From positions 24,196 through 88,195 of the forward strand of contig CAMYOG010000026.1 of the NCBI GenBank assembly GCA_947259925.1: a DNA stretch of 64,000 bases, in the 5' to 3' direction. Below, in pieces: positions 24,715-33,541 of this stretch (position 1 is its first letter; every line of letters starts with the position of its first letter). The translations under genes and the position numbers were made by a program. Under the pieces are notes generated by a model. It made no database searches, had not been told where the DNA came from, and was given only the letters and a program-made list of their open reading frames with translations. The DNA is from Thermoanaerobaculia bacterium (GTDB taxonomy: Bacteria; Acidobacteriota; Thermoanaerobaculia; Multivoradales; JAHEKO01).

Positions 24715-27123
24715 CTAGAAGATCTGCGGGAACCGACCGGGCTCGCGCTCGCGCGCCAGCTCGTACACCGCGCGGAAGATCGACTCGCGATTCGGCTTCG
24801 ACGAGTAGTCGCCGTCCGAGCCGTAGGCCGGGCGATGCTCTCTGGAGGTCACGGTCACCGGCGGCGCGTCCAACCAGGCGAAGGCTCCCTGCCCTTCCAC
24901 CACCTGCTGCGCCATGAAAGCCGAGGTGCCGCCCGGCACGTCTTCGTCGACGAACACGACCCTGTTGGTCTTCTTGATCGAGTCGGTAATTCGCCCGCCG
25001 AGATCGAACGGCAGCAGGGTCTGGACATCGATCACCTCGACGTTAATCCCAACGGCCGCCAGAAGCTCTGCCGCCTGCAGGCTGATCTTGCAGAGAGCGC
25101 CGTAGGTGACCAGGGTGACGTCGTCGCCGGGGCGCAATACCTCGGGCACACCGAGCGGAACGGTCAGCTCGCCGATGTTCGACGGCAACCGCTCCTTGGC
25201 CCGGTATCCGTTGAGCACCTCGATCACCAGCCCCGCGTCGTCGGAGGCGAGCAACGTGTTGTAGAAGCCGGCCGCTCGGGTCATGTCGCGGGGGACGCAG
25301 ACGTAGATACCGCGGAGCAGGTGGATCAAGCCGCCGAGCAGCGATCCGGCGTGCCAGACGCCCTCGAGGCGATGGCCCCGGGTCCGGATGATCACCGGCG
25401 CCTTCTGTCCGCCGACCGATCGCCACCGCAGGGTAGCCAGATCGTCCGACATGATCTGCAGGCAGTAGAGCAGGTAGTCGAGGTACTGGACCTCGGCGAT
25501 CGGGCGCCAGCCACGCAGGGCCATGCCGATCGCCTGACCGACGATGGTCGCCTCCCGGATGCCGGTATCCGAGACCCGCAGGTCGCCGTACTTCTCCTGC
25601 AGGCCGGAGAAGCCCTGATTGACGTCGCCCAGCCGCCCAACGTCCTCGCCGAACGCGATCAGATTGGGGGCGCGGGCCAGCGCCCGATCGAAGCAGGCGT
25701 TGAGCACCTCGAAGCCGGGCACTTCGGGAGCGTCGGCGTCGAAGCGCGGCGGCACCACCGGCACCGTCAGCGCGGACTCGTCGGTCTCACTGTAGAGGTG
25801 CGTCCCGTAGCGTTCTTCCTGCTCTCCCTCGAGCGAGCGCAGCCAGCTTTGCAGTCGCTCCCTCGGCTGGTGTGATTCGTCACGGATCGCGACCAGGATC
25901 TCGGCCGCGGTCGCTTGCAGGTCCCGGCGCAAGGGGTGCGGCAGCTTGGCGAGCTTCTGGCGTCGCTCGCCGATCTCCGCGCGCGCCGCCGACTCGCGCT
26001 CGACCTCCTCCAGGATCTCGAGCAGCTGCGATCGGTCGTCGTCAAGCTCGCGCCGGAAGTCGCTCCAGGCCTCGCGCTGCATCAGGCGAACGTACTCGCG
26101 GTCCTCCGCCTCCGCGGCGTCCAGCTCGTCGCCCTCGGCGATCCCCTGGCGCTCCATCCACGCCCGCATCCGCGAGATGCAGTCGTGCTCGGCCTCCCAG
26201 GCCAGCCGATCGGCCGTCTTGTAGCGCTCGTGACTTCCGGAGGTGGAATGTCCCTGCGGTTGGGTCACCTCTTGCACGTGGATGATCGCCGGCACGTGCT
26301 CGATGCGCACGATCTCGGACGCCGTCAGGTAGGTCTCGCACAGGCCCGGGTAGTCCCAGCCCTTGGCGGTGTAGATGTCGTAACCCCGCCTGTCGCCGGG
26401 CTGCCGCTGAAAGCCGCGCACCAGCTGCGAGATGTCCCCCTTGGTCACCTGATACTCGGTCGGCACCGAGATGCCGAAACCGTCGTCCCAGATCGACAGC
26501 AGCATCGGGGCGCCCAGAACGCCGGCGGCGTTGACCGACTCCCAGAACAGGCCCTCCGCGCAACTGGCGTCACCGATGGTGCCGAACGCGATCTCGTTGC
26601 CGTTGCGCGAGAACGGGCCGAGCTCCTCCAGCCCGTCGAGCTCGCGGTAGAGACGCGACGCGTAGGCCAGCCCGACCAGCTTGGGCATCTGGGATCCGGT
26701 GGGCGAGAGATCGGCAGCCACATTGAAGCGATCGTGCTGACTTCGCCAGCCGCCCTCCTCGTCCAACAGCCGGGTGGCGAAGTGAGCGGTCATCTGGCGC
26801 CCCCCGGAGGCCGGCTCGCGCTCGAGATCGGAGTCGGCGTAGAGCTGGGCGAAGAACTCCTTCACGGTCAGCAGGTCGAGCGCGAACATGAAGGTCTGGT
26901 CGCGGTAGTAGCCGGCCCGGTAGTCACCTTCTCGGAACGAGCGCGCCATGGCGACCTGTGCCACCTCCTTGCCGTCGCCGAAGATGCCGAACTTGGCCTT
27001 CCCGGTCAGTACCTCACGCCGTCCGAGCAGGCTCACCTCCCGGCTCTGGAAGGCGATCCGGTAGTCGCGCAGGATCGTCTCCCGCGTGAACTGGAGCTGA
27101 CTCTTCTCGGTACCGCTCCGCAC
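24715..27123 (-). CDS. 2-oxoacid (probably branched-chain) dehydrogenase E1, alpha+beta fusion
   Basis: GKAKFGIFGDGKE, GYYRDQT, TPP motif GDASCAEG, GHSTSGSHERY, FGEDVG, DTGIREATI, AEVQYLDY, DVQTLLPFD. Confidence 0.9.
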   Translation of the reverse strand: MRSGTEKSQLQFTRETILRDYRIAFQSREVSLLGRREVLTGKAKFGIFGDGKEVAQVAMARSFREGDYRAGYYRDQTFMFALDLLTVKEFFAQLYADSDLEREPASGGRQMTAHFATRLLDEEGGWRSQHDRFNVAADLSPTGSQMPKLVGLAYASRLYRELDGLEELGPFSRNGNEIAFGTIGDASCAEGLFWESVNAAGVLGAPMLLSIWDDGFGISVPTEYQVTKGDISQLVRGFQRQPGDRRGYDIYTAKGWDYPGLCETYLTASEIVRIEHVPAIIHVQEVTQPQGHSTSGSHERYKTADRLAWEAEHDCISRMRAWMERQGIAEGDELDAAEAEDREYVRLMQREAWSDFRRELDDDRSQLLEILEEVERESAARAEIGERRQKLAKLPHPLRRDLQATAAEILVAIRDESHQPRERLQSWLRSLEGEQEERYGTHLYSETDESALTVPVVPPRFDADAPEVPGFEVLNACFDRALARAPNLIAFGEDVGRLGDVNQGFSGLQEKYGDLRVSDTGIREATIVGQAIGMALRGWRPIAEVQYLDYLLYCLQIMSDDLATLRWRSVGGQKAPVIIRTRGHRLEGVWHAGSLLGGLIHLLRGIYVCVPRDMTRAAGFYNTLLASDDAGLVIEVLNGYRAKERLPSNIGELTVPLGVPEVLRPGDDVTLVTYGALCKISLQAAELLAAVGINVEVIDVQTLLPFDLGGRITDSIKKTNRVVFVDEDVPGGTSAFMAQQVVEGQGAFAWLDAPPVTVTSREHRPAYGSDGDYSSKPNRESIFRAVYELAREREPGRFPQIF

Positions 27124-28955
27124 TACCCCGCCCTCCCACTGATCGTGATCTTCAGCGCGTCGCCATCGGAGATCTCCAGTCCGGCGGCGCGGCAGTCCCA
27201 CGACTCCCCCACCGCCGGCCGAATCGTCCGCTTGCCGCCCCCCGTCTGGTTCTTGCAGATCACCTTGGCGCCAGTAACGCCCTGGAGCGTGCCACCGGCC
27301 TCCGCGGCGGCGCCCGCCTCGGCGGTCAGCTGGATCTTGAGACGATCGCCGCCGATGGCGCTCATCCCGGCGGCCGTGCAGCTCCAGGCGTCCGCTCCGG
27401 AGAGGCGCGAGGTCACCTTCTGTCGCGGCCTCGTGCCGCGGTTACGGCAGACCATCTTCTTGAGCGCCATACCGCTCACCTCGCCGGAGACGCCGTCGCC
27501 GCAGGCCGGCAGCACCGAGCGGATCGCACCGTAGCCGTACACCCCGTTCGGTATCTCCGAGCCGGGGCCACCACAGCTCTGATCGGCCGTGACCGGCAGC
27601 GCCGTGCCGGTGATGTGCCGCTCGATGGCATCGACGTTGCCTCGCAGGCAGCTACCGGACGAGATCAGCAGCGCCGCGAGGCCGGCGACATGAGGCGCCG
27701 CCATGCTGGTGCCGTTGAAGCTCTCGTAGTGTCCGCCGCGTACGCTCGACCGGATCCGGAAGCCCGGCGCCGCCACGTCGGGCTTGAGCCGGCCGCTGCC
27801 GTCGACCGAGACCGGCCCACGACTCGAGAAACCGGTGATGCCGTCGCTCAAGGTCGTCGCCCCGACCGTGAACGAGGCGTCGTAGATGCCGGCGGGAGCG
27901 TCGATCGTCTCGCACTCCGGGCCCTCGTTGCCGGCCGAGACCACCACCAGGATGCCCGCGCGACGGGTGTTCTCGACCACCGTGCGCAGGACGTTCGGAT
28001 CGGTGCAGCCCTCGGAGGCCGGGCACGACCACGAGTTGTTGATGATGTCCGGCGCTTTGGCCGGATCGGCGTTCCGGTCTTCGAGATCGGTCGGCGCGAT
28101 GAACCACTGGAAGCATTCGGCGTAGCTCGCCGGGGTGCCGATACCACCGTCCATGTTCCGACATCCGATCCAGGTCGCGCCCGGCGCCATCCCGATCCGA
28201 TTGCCGCCACCGTCGTCCCCCACCATCGTCCCCATGGTGTGGGTGCCGTGGTCGTCGTCGTCACAAGGCTCGGGCGAATCCGCGCCGCAGAAACCGCGAC
28301 TCTCGTGGATCGCGTCGTGCCAGTTGTAGTTGTGGTCGACGCCACCGCCAGCGGCGCCACGGTACTTCGAGCGCAGCGCCGGGTGGTCCCAGTCGTAGCC
28401 GGTGTCCTGCCCGCCGATGACCACCCCACGGCCGTCGAAGCCCCGCGCCCAGAAGACATCCGGCGCGAGCGTGTGCTCGAGGCTCGGCTCCACTGCCCGG
28501 TCGCCGCCGCCACGCGCGGTCAGGTCCCGCTCGGGGCGGTCGAGCTCGACGCGCGGATTCGCGTGGATGCGCGCCACGTCATGACGCCCGGCCAGCTCGG
28601 CCACCAGCTCGGAGGTGCCCCGTACCCAGATCATGTTGGCGGCCCAGAACGGGCGATGCTCGACGCCCTCGGCGCGCAGGCGCGCGAGCACCGGACCCTG
28701 AGTAGCCATCGCCACCCGTCTCAGCTGCTCGTAGACGTACCGGCCCTTCGCTTCCTTCGTCGCCAGGTGCTCGGCGGCAGCCAGATCCGCCTGCGCCGTC
28801 AAGAGGACGAGGAACTCCCCCTCGGTCCGCTCCGCCGTCTCTCTCAGCACCCAGGAATCGACCTTCGCCTGCCAGTCACGAGACTCCTGCCCGGCGGCGA
28901 GGCTCGAAAGAGCCGCCATCAAACAGAGCGGGACGATCCACCGGCTAGCGCGCAT
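27123..28955 (-). CDS. Secreted S8 subtilisin-like peptidase (bacillopeptidase F-like) with tandem Cys-containing C-terminal repeats
   Basis: Signal peptide; triad DTG, HGTHTMGT, GTSMAAPHVAG; INNSW, SAGNEG, FSSRGP. Confidence 0.9.
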   Translation of the reverse strand: MRASRWIVPLCLMAALSSLAAGQESRDWQAKVDSWVLRETAERTEGEFLVLLTAQADLAAAEHLATKEAKGRYVYEQLRRVAMATQGPVLARLRAEGVEHRPFWAANMIWVRGTSELVAELAGRHDVARIHANPRVELDRPERDLTARGGGDRAVEPSLEHTLAPDVFWARGFDGRGVVIGGQDTGYDWDHPALRSKYRGAAGGGVDHNYNWHDAIHESRGFCGADSPEPCDDDDHGTHTMGTMVGDDGGGNRIGMAPGATWIGCRNMDGGIGTPASYAECFQWFIAPTDLEDRNADPAKAPDIINNSWSCPASEGCTDPNVLRTVVENTRRAGILVVVSAGNEGPECETIDAPAGIYDASFTVGATTLSDGITGFSSRGPVSVDGSGRLKPDVAAPGFRIRSSVRGGHYESFNGTSMAAPHVAGLAALLISSGSCLRGNVDAIERHITGTALPVTADQSCGGPGSEIPNGVYGYGAIRSVLPACGDGVSGEVSGMALKKMVCRNRGTRPRQKVTSRLSGADAWSCTAAGMSAIGGDRLKIQLTAEAGAAAEAGGTLQGVTGAKVICKNQTGGGKRTIRPAVGESWDCRAAGLEISDGDALKITISGRAG

Positions 28956-29006
28956 GCCGGCCAAGGATACCAGCGTCGGGCGTGCCGATCAGGAGCCTCG
29001 AGCGGG

Positions 29007-30635
29007 CTATCTGATGCCCGACTCGCGGGTGATTCGCCAGCCGTCGTCTTCGCGGATCAGGTCGAATCTCTTGCGCACCCGATCCGAGAGACTGTCAGAA
29101 ACGTAGGTCTGCTCGAACACCGCACTGGCCGAAGTGTCCGAGTCGAGCTCGATCTCGAGGTCGCTGACTCGGACCGAGACGTCGCCGGGCTTTACGATCC
29201 GCGCTTGTCGCTGCTGACGCCAGTCTTGGCCCGACAGTCCGTCCTCGGAGACGAAGGCGGACGAGTAGTGTGCGGCATAACGCTCCACATCCTTTTCCGA
29301 CCAGGCCTTCGCCCAGCTCAGGACCATGTTCCGGATCTCCGCCCGCGCCGCTTCGGCCGGCGAGACCGCGACCACCGGCTCAACCGGCTCGAGCCGGGGT
29401 GCGACCTGGTCGTCGCGCGGATCGAACATGTAGAGCATGAGCCCTGCCAGCAGACCGGCCGCCCAGATGAGTCCGTGACTCGCCACTCGTTTCAGCTTGG
29501 ACCGCTCTCGCCGCGGCCAGGGCTCCTCCAGGCCCCCTTCCTCGTCCTTGACCGAAGCGGCCTCGAACAGGCGCGCCAGACGCTTGCGGTTGCTCTCGGA
29601 CTCGGCCAGTGCGTCCTCCAGCTCGCCCAGCTTGACCTCCGCCAGCTCGCTCTTCTGCTCGGCTGTGTTGACCGCCTTGCGCAAGCGCACGACTTCGCCC
29701 TTGGCCTTGCGGACGCTCTTCTCGAGAATCGCGCGCACCTCCTCGAGCTCTTCGAGTCGCCGCTCGGTGTCCTCCGGCGTTTCGCCGGCCTTCTCCGCGG
29801 CGCGCTTGACCCGGCGCAGCTTGAACTCGGCGCTGACCACCAGCTCGGAGGCGGGCCAGCTCAGCTCGGACGGCGAGATCTTCGGTCGACCGAGGAAGAA
29901 ACCCTGGCAGTAGTCGATCCCGGCGGCGCTCACCGCCTCGAGCTCCTCGGGGTTCTCGACCCCCTCGGCGACGACCCGTGCGTTCACCTCGCTACAGAGA
30001 CGCGCAATGGAGCGCAGGAGCTCGTACTGATGGCCGTCCATGGTGCAACCGGCAACCAGCTCCCGATCCAGCTTGACAATGTCGGGTGCCAGGTCCGCGA
30101 TGTACTTGAGGTTGGAGTAGCCGGCCCCCAGGTCGTCGATCGCCAGGCGCGCTCCCTTGCGCCGCAGCTCGGCCAGCACGCTGTGACACTGCTCGAAGAA
30201 GACCAGCGGCACCGACTCGGTGATCTCGACGTATACCGGCTTGCGATGACCGAAGATCGCGTCGTCCGGTCGCACCAGGTAGCTCTCGTCGAATTCGTTG
30301 GGCGAGATGTTGACAAAAATCGGCCAGTCCGGACAGTTTCTGGAAGCCAGGGACCGCTGCAAGCGCCCGAGCTCGCCGATCCTGCCGGCGGCCGTCGCAG
30401 CCTCGATCAGCGCCGGAGGATTGTCGAATTGCGGGACCCGGCTGCGACAGAGCGCTTCGTAGGCGAAGATCTGACCGGTCTTCATGTCCACAATCGGCTG
30501 AAAAACCATGCTGATCAGGCACTGGTCGATCACCCGATGGACAATCTCAGAGGCGTCCGCGCTCCGGCTGGTCTGCGCCAGCTCCAGGACCCTGGCCAGA
30601 TTGCTGTTCGCCTCGTTCTCTAACCCGCTCGACAT
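29007..30635 (-). CDS. EAL c-di-GMP phosphodiesterase with coiled coil, TM helix and C-terminal NTF2-like domain
   Basis: FQPIV, YEALCR, VNISP, EITE, AIDDLGAGYS, KLDR, AEGVE, QGFFLGRP; C-term WAKAWSEKDVERYAAHYS..WRITRE; GGAGG SD. Confidence 0.85.
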   Translation of the reverse strand: MSSGLENEANSNLARVLELAQTSRSADASEIVHRVIDQCLISMVFQPIVDMKTGQIFAYEALCRSRVPQFDNPPALIEAATAAGRIGELGRLQRSLASRNCPDWPIFVNISPNEFDESYLVRPDDAIFGHRKPVYVEITESVPLVFFEQCHSVLAELRRKGARLAIDDLGAGYSNLKYIADLAPDIVKLDRELVAGCTMDGHQYELLRSIARLCSEVNARVVAEGVENPEELEAVSAAGIDYCQGFFLGRPKISPSELSWPASELVVSAEFKLRRVKRAAEKAGETPEDTERRLEELEEVRAILEKSVRKAKGEVVRLRKAVNTAEQKSELAEVKLGELEDALAESESNRKRLARLFEAASVKDEEGGLEEPWPRRERSKLKRVASHGLIWAAGLLAGLMLYMFDPRDDQVAPRLEPVEPVVAVSPAEAARAEIRNMVLSWAKAWSEKDVERYAAHYSSAFVSEDGLSGQDWRQQRQARIVKPGDVSVRVSDLEIELDSDTSASAVFEQTYVSDSLSDRVRKRFDLIREDDGWRITRESGIR

Positions 30636-30662
30636 GCCAGACGCCTCCCGTGCGTCTGCTTG

Positions 30663-30679
30663 TGCAAGGCATGGGCCGA
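30663..30679 (-). promoter_or_regulatory. Candidate sigma-54 promoter for the EAL gene
   Basis: Minus strand TCGGCCCATGCCTTGCA = GG-N10-GC; AT-rich upstream stretch; SD just downstream. Confidence 0.55.
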
Positions 30680-30825
30680 TTGCATATGGCGATATGTCTA
30701 TGTGAATTTGCTGCAATCGATTACGGATTTCGCAAGTCGAAGGGCAATAGAAATGGCGTGCAGCGGAAGAATCGGTGCCCGTGCCGCCACTTTTTCGGGG
30801 TGATTCTCCCCAACTGCGCGGCCGG

Positions 30826-32148
30826 TCACCAATCGTCGCCGGGGGCCGCGTTCTCTTCCAGCACCCGCCGGAGGATCGAGATGTTGTCGCGATGGCCGGT
30901 GAGACGGGCCGTCACCTTGCCCCGAATCGGGAAGCCGAGCAGGTAGAGATCGCCGATGATGTCCAGGATCTTGTGGCGCACGAATTCGTCCGGAAAGCGC
31001 AGCGCCGTGTTGATCACGTTGTCCTCGCCGACCAGGATGCAGTTGTCGAGCCGCCCACCGGAGCCGAGACCCAGCTCCGACATCATCTTGAGGTCGCGCA
31101 TGAAGCCGAAGGTGCGGGCGGGCGCGATCTGCTCCTTGTAGGCCGCGAAGTTCGACAGCCTGAACTCGTACCGCTGCTCGCCGATCGGCGACGGGTAGCG
31201 CAAGAGATAGGAGACCGCGAAGCCGTCGTCCGGCTCGAGGGTCAGTCGCTTCTCGCCGTCGCCCACTTCGTAACGGCGGTCGATCACGACTTCGCGCCGG
31301 CGCTCCGGCTGCAGGTCGACTCCGACCTCCTCCAGCGTCTTGCAGAACTCGAGCGCCGACCCGTCGAGAACCGGCAGCTCGCCGTGCACCTTGATCAGCA
31401 GGTTGGTGATCCCGAGCGCGTGTACCGCGGAGAGGAAATGCTCGACCGTCTGGATGCTCTCGCCGTTGTTGGCCAGGGTGGTCGCATAGTCGGTCTCGGC
31501 CACCGCGCCGACATGGGCCGCGACATGGGTGTTGGTCGGCAGGATCATGAAGTGAATGCCGGTATCCGCCGGCAGCGGCTGGATCGCCATGCCGGTTCTA
31601 CTGCCCGAGTGCAGACCGAGTCCGTAGATCACCGCGCTTTCGGCGATCGTCTTCTGCGGGTGATCAGTCCGCTCGACCAGGCCGAACGTCGGCGGTCCGC
31701 TCAGATCCGGAGGGGTCTCGAGCCGGTCCTTGGTCTTCTCCAGCGATGTGAGTAGCGCGCGGTCGGACGCCACCGACCGCCGGTACTCGAGCGCCCCTTC
31801 GACGGCTTCCACCGTCCGGCTGTACGAGAGCGGCTTCTCGACGTAGTCGTAGGCGCCCATCTTGATCGCCTTGACCGCCGTCGAGGCGGTGCCGTGACCC
31901 GACATCATGATGACCGCCGCGGTCGGGTCGACCTCACGCAGTGCCTGGAGGGTTTCGAGACCGTCGTGGTCGGGCAGCCAGACGTCGAGCAGCACCACGT
32001 CCGGCCGGTTGCTCCCGTACAGATCGAGCGCCTCGCCGCCGCTGCCGGTGCAGACCGTCGCATAGCCCTCGTCCGAGAGCACTCCGGACAGGGTGCTCAG
32101 AATGCCCGGCTCATCGTCGACGATCAGTACCAGTTTCTTGTCCGCCAT
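30826..32148 (-). CDS. lpxC: Response regulator receiver domain fused to UDP-3-O-acyl-GlcNAc deacetylase LpxC
   Basis: REC: VLIVDDE, LLDVWLP..DG, MMSGHG, YVEKP; LpxC: QKTI..GLGLHSG, TVEHFLSA, ELPVLDGSA, IAPARTFGF, HKILDIIGDL, GHRDN. Confidence 0.9.
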   Translation of the reverse strand: MADKKLVLIVDDEPGILSTLSGVLSDEGYATVCTGSGGEALDLYGSNRPDVVLLDVWLPDHDGLETLQALREVDPTAAVIMMSGHGTASTAVKAIKMGAYDYVEKPLSYSRTVEAVEGALEYRRSVASDRALLTSLEKTKDRLETPPDLSGPPTFGLVERTDHPQKTIAESAVIYGLGLHSGSRTGMAIQPLPADTGIHFMILPTNTHVAAHVGAVAETDYATTLANNGESIQTVEHFLSAVHALGITNLLIKVHGELPVLDGSALEFCKTLEEVGVDLQPERRREVVIDRRYEVGDGEKRLTLEPDDGFAVSYLLRYPSPIGEQRYEFRLSNFAAYKEQIAPARTFGFMRDLKMMSELGLGSGGRLDNCILVGEDNVINTALRFPDEFVRHKILDIIGDLYLLGFPIRGKVTARLTGHRDNISILRRVLEENAAPGDDW

Positions 32149-32214
32149 ACTCCCTTCCAGACCCCGGTAGCCTACCCTAGAACCGCCGGAGCGCATGCTA
32201 GACTTCGCCCCGTC

Positions 32215-33537
32215 GTGCCCACGGTGGTCTTGCCCTCTCCGCTCCTCCGTCACACCGACGGCGCGGACCGGATCGGCGTCGAGGGGACCACCGCACTGGA
32301 CGCGATCCGGGCGCTAGAAGCTCGTCGACCGAGTCTCAAGGGCTGGGTGCTGGACGAGCGTGGGCACCTGCGCGAGCACGTCAGCCTGTTCGTCAACGAC
32401 GAGAGCGCCGCGCTCGATCGACCGCTGGTCGATGGCGACGAACTCTACATCGTACATGCCATCTCCGGAGGCGCGCCCGAGACCGAGATCCTGGTGGCGA
32501 CCCGCAAGGGTCTGTTCGTCCTGCGCGGCGACACCGACACCGGCTTCGCGGTGAGCCAGCGCCACTTCGCCGGCGAAGCAGCGGAGTTCGCGATCCGTGA
32601 TACCCGCAGCGGCCGCTACTTCACTGGTGTCACCCACGGCCAGTTCGGCCCCAGACTCTGCTGGACCGACGATCTGTCGCAAGAGTGGCAGCAGGCGGAC
32701 GGCCCGATCTTCCCCGAGGGGACCGAGGCGGCGGTCGACCGCATCTGGGTGATTCAACCGGGCGAGGCTGACGGTGAGATCTGGGCGGGTGTCGCGCCCG
32801 CGGCGCTCTTCCACAGCACCGACAACGGCGAAAGTTGGAGCCTGAGTCGGGCGCTCTGGGACCAGCCCAGCCGTCCCGAGTGGCAGGGCGGCATGGGCGG
32901 GCTCTGTCTGCACTCGATCTGCCCCTGGCCGGGCGATCCGAACCGTCTCACCGTGGCCGTTTCGGCGGCGGGTGTCTGGCACACCACGGACGGCGGAGCC
33001 AGCTGGTCGCACGGCGTCGACGGCCTGGTCCCGAGATACCTGCCCGAGGAGGTCCGAGCCGACACCCACCAGCATTGCGTCCACCACGTCGAGCGCTCAC
33101 CCGTCGAGCCGACGACGCTCTACCTCCAGTTTCACGGCGGCGTCTACCGCTCCGACGACGGCGGTTCCACCTGGATCGACATCGGTGCCGGACTACCGTC
33201 CGACTTCGGTTTTCCTCTGGTCGCCGACCCGTCCGATCCGGACCGCGCCTGGGTCATCCCGCTGGTGGCCGACGTCGATCGGGTCACTCCCGAGGGCCGA
33301 ATCACCGTCTACGAGACGCGCGACCGGGGAGCCACCTGGGCCGCCCGGACCGATGGCCTGCCCGCCAGCGCCTACGCGACGGTGCTCCGCCAGGCGTTCG
33401 CGCACGACGGCCGCCAGCCCTTGGGCCTCTATTTCGGCAGCGAGCAGGGTGCCGTCTACGCGTCGCCCGACAGCGGTGCAAGCTGGGTGACCGCGGCCGA
33501 GAACCTGCCGCCCGTCCTGGCGCTACGCGTCAGCTGA
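32215..33537 (+). CDS. MoaD/ThiS ubiquitin-like domain fused to BNR/Asp-box beta-propeller (sialidase-like)
   Basis: N-term VLDERGHLREHVSLFVN..DGDELYIVHAISGG then ILVATRKGLF; Asp-boxes STDNGESW, TTDGGASW, SDDGGSTW, TRDRGATW, SPDSGASW; extended -10 TGcTAGACT upstream; start inferred. Confidence 0.82.
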   Translation: MPTVVLPSPLLRHTDGADRIGVEGTTALDAIRALEARRPSLKGWVLDERGHLREHVSLFVNDESAALDRPLVDGDELYIVHAISGGAPETEILVATRKGLFVLRGDTDTGFAVSQRHFAGEAAEFAIRDTRSGRYFTGVTHGQFGPRLCWTDDLSQEWQQADGPIFPEGTEAAVDRIWVIQPGEADGEIWAGVAPAALFHSTDNGESWSLSRALWDQPSRPEWQGGMGGLCLHSICPWPGDPNRLTVAVSAAGVWHTTDGGASWSHGVDGLVPRYLPEEVRADTHQHCVHHVERSPVEPTTLYLQFHGGVYRSDDGGSTWIDIGAGLPSDFGFPLVADPSDPDRAWVIPLVADVDRVTPEGRITVYETRDRGATWAARTDGLPASAYATVLRQAFAHDGRQPLGLYFGSEQGAVYASPDSGASWVTAAENLPPVLALRVS

Positions 33538-33541
33538 GCGC

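Noticed and set aside
24715-27123. E1 alpha/beta fusion as a novelty
   Set aside because: Fused alpha-beta 2-oxoacid dehydrogenase E1 is a well-known, widespread architecture.
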